DNA from: Acidimicrobium ferrooxidans
GTDB lineage: Bacteria; Actinomycetota; Geothermincolia; Fen-727; Anoxymicrobiaceae
NCBI GenBank assembly: GCA_020723485.1
Contig: DYIU01000003.1
Span: 394,347 to 458,346, forward strand
Reading direction: 5' to 3'
Length of the DNA: 64,000 nt
How positions within the stretch are numbered: the first letter of the stretch is position 1; each line of letters starts with the position of its first letter. The translations under genes and the position numbers were made by a program. Below are positions 60,175-64,000 of this stretch, piece by piece. A model generated the notes under the pieces. The model made no database searches and was not told the origin of the DNA. It worked only from the letters and a program-made list of their open reading frames with translations.

Positions 60175-60239
60175 ATCGAACGATGGGAATTGGACACATC
60201 CTCTTACGATTCAACAAGGTCAACAATAAGCCACAGCGG

Positions 60240-60524
60240 TTAGCTCTTCTTGTACGTCTTTTCGTCTCGCTGGCGGATGTACACGATGTAGATGACGTTG
60301 TCGCGGGGCGGGTAATAGACGATGCGCCAACTGCCCTTCCTGGCCCGTCGACAACCCTCCCAGGCACCTTTGAGCTTGCACGTCAGAGCCCGGTCGTAGG
60401 GATCGGCCTGAACAGCCTTGAGCAGCTCGATGATGAGGCCGCGGTCATTCTTACTGATGTTCTTTAATGCCTTGGCGGCAATATTGGAAAACTCTATGCG
60501 GTAGTCCTCAGAGGAGCGACTCAC
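60240..60524 (-). CDS. RelE/ParE-family toxin
   Basis: RIEFSNIAAKALK...SWRIVYY...NVIYIVYIRQRDEKTY. Likely GTG start at 60524, overlapping the antitoxin 3' end by 17 nt. Confidence 0.7.
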   Translation of the reverse strand: MSRSSEDYRIEFSNIAAKALKNISKNDRGLIIELLKAVQADPYDRALTCKLKGAWEGCRRARKGSWRIVYYPPRDNVIYIVYIRQRDEKTYKKS

Positions 60525-60774
60525 CGAAGACCTCTTCGACGGACTTGGTACGTCCTTTCTCAATGTCCTCTCGTCCTGCTTTGAGCATGCCATATGATTC
60601 GAGGTCGCTCATTTCCTCGACCGTGGCGATCAGCGATCGGTATTCTTCTATGCCCATGAGGACCGCCTTCGGTTTCCCTCTGCTATGGATGATGTAAGAC
60701 TCACCCTCGGTTGAGCTCTTGCTCACAACCTCGGAGAGATTAGCCCTCACACTGGCCATATTGATCGCTTTCAT
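60508..60774 (-). CDS. Phd/YefM-family antitoxin
   Basis: MKAINMASVRANLSEVV...KPKAVLMGIEEYRSL. Confidence 0.75.
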   Translation of the reverse strand: MKAINMASVRANLSEVVSKSSTEGESYIIHSRGKPKAVLMGIEEYRSLIATVEEMSDLESYGMLKAGREDIEKGRTKSVEEVFGESLL

Positions 60775-60789
60775 TTCTTACCTCCCCAT

Positions 60790-60880
60790 GCCGGGAGCCG
60801 GAAATCTATAGTACCTTATTTATCACATAATTATGTACTATAATATGTACAATTACAAGTGCTTATTGACAAGTGCTCTG
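60790..60880 (-). promoter_or_regulatory. AT-rich toxin-antitoxin promoter/operator region with palindromes (CATAATTATG; direct repeat ACAAGTGCT x2)
   Basis: Read from sequence. Directly upstream of the antitoxin start. Confidence 0.4.
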
Positions 60881-61024
60881 CGGCTGCCCTTTCCCTTGCT
60901 GATCCGAGGTCGGTTTCTGGCAGGGTCGAGGTAATAAAACGGGCGCCTGCCTCGTCAAAGAAGGTGCATGCTGTCGTTCAGGCGGAATAGTATACAGATG
61001 AGCCGGCGTTGAAAGGAACGCGCC

Positions 61025-62113
61025 TTGAGGAAATGCAGCGAGTGCGGATTCCCGCTGAAGTTCGCCAGGTATTTCGACTGGCGGAGCGACGGGACCATCA
61101 TCGGGACCCACAGGGTAAAGGGCCAGTCGCGTATCACGTTCCTCGAGTGCGGAGAGCTGGAGGGTCTCTTCAAGGACCTGTCGGTCGTGCTCGGAGTGAG
61201 CATCGACCATATCCTCATAGAGGCTGAGAAGAATATCGGCAAGGCGTTCTACGAGAGCACCCCGCTGCGGTACCTGAGGTTCGCGCCGCACAGCCCCCGG
61301 ATGCGACCGGAATGGGTCTCGAAGGCCTCGGTCAGGATTGTGCGCAACGAAGTGGCCGGCCTTGGTTCGGGCGTCATCAGGGCTGAGAGCTACCACGCCG
61401 GGGAGTCGATGGTCATCAGGATCTCCAACCCGTGTTTCGTCGAGAGGACAGTCGGCAACACCGTCGGCATCTACGAATCGATCGAGCGCGTGCACGGTGT
61501 CGCATACGAGTACTCCATCGAGGGTGGCGACCTGGTCATCAGGATGCGGAACCCCAGCGGCCCGACCGAGACGCTCGCCGACACGCGCCTGGCGCTCGAC
61601 CCGATAATGCCCGCGGAGGGGCCGGTGCGCTTCGACCGCTGCGCGGTCTGCGGAGTGCCGCGCGCCGCCTCGGACTGGTTCCAGTGGGACTTCAGCAGAG
61701 GTTCCATAACAAACCGTGTCACCGGGAAGCGGGAGGTCACCGGCGCCGCGCAGACGGTGAGCGCTATGCTCCGAGAGCTCGAGGCCGAGCTCGGGGAGGA
61801 AGTGCTGGGCCTCCTCTACGACTGCCAGAAGGAGATAACGCACCAGCGCCTGGCGCGCGACTACGGGGAGGCCGGCGCCGATTTCTGGGAGCGTTTCCTC
61901 TTCGAGGGGGCCGTGCGCGGGCTGGGGTACCCCGCAGACCACCGCATTGAGGACAACTCGGTGACGGTGCGCATCATCAACGCCTACCAGCACACTCTCT
62001 ACGCCGCGAAGGTCGCAGCGGCGTTCGAGTTCTCGACCGGCACGCAGTCATCTATCGAATGGGAGACAAGACGCCCCTACATGGCGGCGTTCACCGTATC
62101 GGCCGAGTGTTAG
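61025..62113 (+). CDS. Hypothetical protein with an N-terminal Cys-x2-Cys zinc-ribbon-like start (MRKCSECGFP) and a second CAVCG motif
   Basis: 362-aa ORF. No confident family. Confidence 0.4.
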   Translation: MRKCSECGFPLKFARYFDWRSDGTIIGTHRVKGQSRITFLECGELEGLFKDLSVVLGVSIDHILIEAEKNIGKAFYESTPLRYLRFAPHSPRMRPEWVSKASVRIVRNEVAGLGSGVIRAESYHAGESMVIRISNPCFVERTVGNTVGIYESIERVHGVAYEYSIEGGDLVIRMRNPSGPTETLADTRLALDPIMPAEGPVRFDRCAVCGVPRAASDWFQWDFSRGSITNRVTGKREVTGAAQTVSAMLRELEAELGEEVLGLLYDCQKEITHQRLARDYGEAGADFWERFLFEGAVRGLGYPADHRIEDNSVTVRIINAYQHTLYAAKVAAAFEFSTGTQSSIEWETRRPYMAAFTVSAEC

Positions 62114-62118
62114 CACAA

Positions 62119-64000
62119 TCACTGGGGCTGGTAGGCGGCGGCGCCGATGGTGTCGGTGCCTGCGCCCCGGCCGTCCCAGTACATCGACCTCTCCGCCGTC
62201 ACGCTCTTACCCGGAGTAACGCAAGTGACCGCGATGGCCGCCCGTCCCGTGATGCCGCCGTGCTCGAAGAGTCCGAACGTCCGCCTGGCTCCTGCCGGCA
62301 CCGACTCGACGTGATGTAGGTTGCCGTCACCGGTCGGGGTGAGGTAGGAGATCATGACCTGCACCGGGACGTCGTTGGGGTTCGCGACCACGGTCCAGGT
62401 CTCGTATCCTCCTCCAGCCTGACCGTCCGGGAAGTAGAAGGTGCTGTGCGGAGAGCTCATCCCTATCGAGCCGTGACACGCTTCGCCCAGCGGGGTACCC
62501 TCCCCCCAGAACATCGAGCGCTCGGCCACCAGGGGGCGGCTCCCGCTGACACGCGTAGAGAAGTCGGTGCTCGAAAGCCCGGGGACGTCGTTCGCCCTTA
62601 TGGTCTTTCTGGACCTCGCGGGCATCTCGAACGGCTGCTGGGCAAGCGTCCCTCCCGGCGTCATGTAGTTCACGGTTACCGTGTTGGGTTCGCTGTTCGG
62701 GTTCTGTATCACCACGTAGGTCGTGAAGCCCCATGCAGTAGTGCCTTCAGCGAGATAGAAGTCCGACCCCGGTGCCGCAGCGCCGATCGACTCCTGCCCC
62801 TCCCTGCGCTCGTTCCTGTACATCGTACGCTCGGCCACCACCGGTCTGTCTGAGCTCACCTGGACCGAAGCGTCGCCTCTGCCGATGTCCGCCTCCATGC
62901 CGAAGGTCGAGCGCGAGCGGGCGGGCACCGTCTTCCGCACGCTCAACGGACCAGAGCCCTCCACCATGTACGTCAGCACGACGGAGGCCGCGGAGGAGTC
63001 AGGATTCTGCACGCAGGTCCACGTCTCGAACCCCCAGGCGCTCGAGCCGTCCGCCAGGTACCAGGTGCCGGACGGCGCCGTCGCGCCGACCGAGCAGTGG
63101 CCCTCTGGGGCGGGGGCGCCGGGACCGGTCCAGGACATGGTCCTGTCGACAGCGACAGCCTGGCCGCCCGGACAGGTCACCCTCGTGGAGAAATCGGCCT
63201 GGCCTATCGAGCCGAGTATGTAGTCGCTGCCCAGGGTGGTCTGGGAGGAAGCCGGCAGCGTGACGCGGCGTGTCCTGTTCGCTCCCCCGACGGGCATGAA
63301 CGTGACATTCGCGGCCACCCGTTCCGTGTTCGGGTTCAATATCGTGATGTAAGTACTGAAGCCCCAGGCTGTGCTCCCCTCGGCCAGGTACCAGGTCGAG
63401 TTGACGCTGCTCACGGTGAAGGCGCCCGCTCGGGTCGCCGACTTACCGTCCGGGTTCTGCACGAAGAGGTCCCATGCCCCGGGCGCCGCGCCCGCGAGGT
63501 CGAACCCGCACCTTAGACTCGTGTCTGACTCGACCAGTACGCCGGTGGCGACCAGGTCCGCCTGCCCGGGCTTCCGCAGCTTCACGACTGTCGAGCCGAA
63601 AGTCTCGAAACCGGTGCCGGCCACCTGTGCGCTCGCCGCCGTCCCCTGCCTGGCGCTGGACGGGGAGACAGATGTGATGGTCGGGGGAGGATAATCAACC
63701 GTGTAGTCCCTGGAATCGGAGGTGCCGAACGGCGTGGTAACCGTGACCGGCACGGGGCCGGGCATGTTGACCGGCGCCACGCATTGTATTTCGGCACCGG
63801 TCCACGACAGGTACTCGGCGACCTGCTGCGAGCCGAACGAGACGTAGGATGCGCCGCCGTCCGGGCCGAAGTAGTTGCCCGCCAGCGTCACGGTCTCGCC
63901 CACCGGCCCGGTCGAGGGAGATATCGAGTCCAGGGCCGGGCCGCCCATGTAGCCGAGCGCGTCCCGCATGGTCATCACCGGGACGCCCGAGTTCTCGATC
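62119..64000 (-). CDS. Secreted surface protein, N-terminus beyond the window edge: an IPT/TIG-like domain or domains, then 4 ~110-aa YLAEGxxAWGF...QNP...AERxM(Y/F)W repeats. Close paralog of the C-terminal module of the 6111-9791 gene.
   Basis: The frame is open to coordinate 64000. The repeats align with those of the 6111 and 23739 genes. Confidence 0.7.
   Translation of the reverse strand, partial: IENSGVPVMTMRDALGYMGGPALDSISPSTGPVGETVTLAGNYFGPDGGASYVSFGSQQVAEYLSWTGAEIQCVAPVNMPGPVPVTVTTPFGTSDSRDYTVDYPPPTITSVSPSSARQGTAASAQVAGTGFETFGSTVVKLRKPGQADLVATGVLVESDTSLRCGFDLAGAAPGAWDLFVQNPDGKSATRAGAFTVSSVNSTWYLAEGSTAWGFSTYITILNPNTERVAANVTFMPVGGANRTRRVTLPASSQTTLGSDYILGSIGQADFSTRVTCPGGQAVAVDRTMSWTGPGAPAPEGHCSVGATAPSGTWYLADGSSAWGFETWTCVQNPDSSAASVVLTYMVEGSGPLSVRKTVPARSRSTFGMEADIGRGDASVQVSSDRPVVAERTMYRNERREGQESIGAAAPGSDFYLAEGTTAWGFTTYVVIQNPNSEPNTVTVNYMTPGGTLAQQPFEMPARSRKTIRANDVPGLSSTDFSTRVSGSRPLVAERSMFWGEGTPLGEACHGSIGMSSPHSTFYFPDGQAGGGYETWTVVANPNDVPVQVMISYLTPTGDGNLHHVESVPAGARRTFGLFEHGGITGRAAIAVTCVTPGKSVTAERSMYWDGRGAGTDTIGAAAYQPQ

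Overview
This is a 64 kb, high-GC (about 62-64%) segment that reads as bacterial chromosome. The bacterial assignment rests on clear TTGACA-N17-TAnnnT promoters, GGAGG-type Shine-Dalgarno sites, hairpin+U-tract intrinsic terminators, a bacterial-type MnmA, a classical trpEGDCFBA operon with a Trp-codon leader peptide, and 4-nt stop/start couplings. I could not assign a lineage; it is probably a high-GC Gram-positive or Chloroflexi-like organism.

The window is gene dense. The main contents are:
- Three paralogous large secreted surface proteins (at about 6.1-9.8 kb, 23.7-26.4 kb and 62.1-64 kb). Each carries 4-5 copies of an unusual ~110-aa repeat (YLAEGxT-GF-TW-LVQNP ... AERxMYW ... HxSIG) fused to different N-terminal modules: a PbH1 beta-helix, a DUF5122-like propeller, and IPT/TIG.
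- A second secreted adhesin-like protein with SdrD-B/CnaB-type repeats.
- A long minus-strand sulfur operon: cysK, thi4, a hypothetical gene, iscS, cysE, mnmA and a thiF-like E1 with a C-terminal ubiquitin-like tail.
- A copper resistance operon (csoR, an HMA-domain permease, copA).
- A metY-metX-metW operon with a long structured leader, divergent from an Rrf2 regulator.
- A two-component cluster: a substrate-binding protein, a HAMP-GAF histidine kinase, a CheY-like regulator, and a REC-PAS hybrid kinase.
- A fused MtaA-like (URO-D family) methyltransferase plus corrinoid-binding protein, next to a QueG-like Fe-S protein.
- A group of genes encoding a PK_C-like protein, a CFeSP-like FeS-domain protein and a PP-loop ATPase.
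- The trp operon with its attenuator, and a Phd/YefM-RelE toxin-antitoxin pair.
- Assorted others: an amidohydrolase, YihY, a carboxylesterase, a rubrerythrin, a C45 peptidase, a metallophosphoesterase, a transglutaminase-like lipoprotein, an amino-acid ABC-transporter binding protein, a META-domain lipoprotein and an LTA-synthase/sulfatase-like membrane protein.

The most interesting non-coding signals are a family of about 30-bp quasi-palindromic repeats with four copies. Three copies sit in 5' leader or intergenic positions (upstream of the amino-acid binding protein, cysK and the sulfatase-like gene), and one sits in frame inside the trpE N-terminus. A related perfect 26-bp-stem palindrome exactly fills a convergent intergenic gap. 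There is also an AT-rich island flanked by a 19-bp inverted repeat, with tandem ~100-bp repeats next to it. Terminator-before-RBS leaders, suggestive of attenuators or riboswitches, precede metY and the SdrD-like gene. I found no tRNA, rRNA, CRISPR array or transposase.
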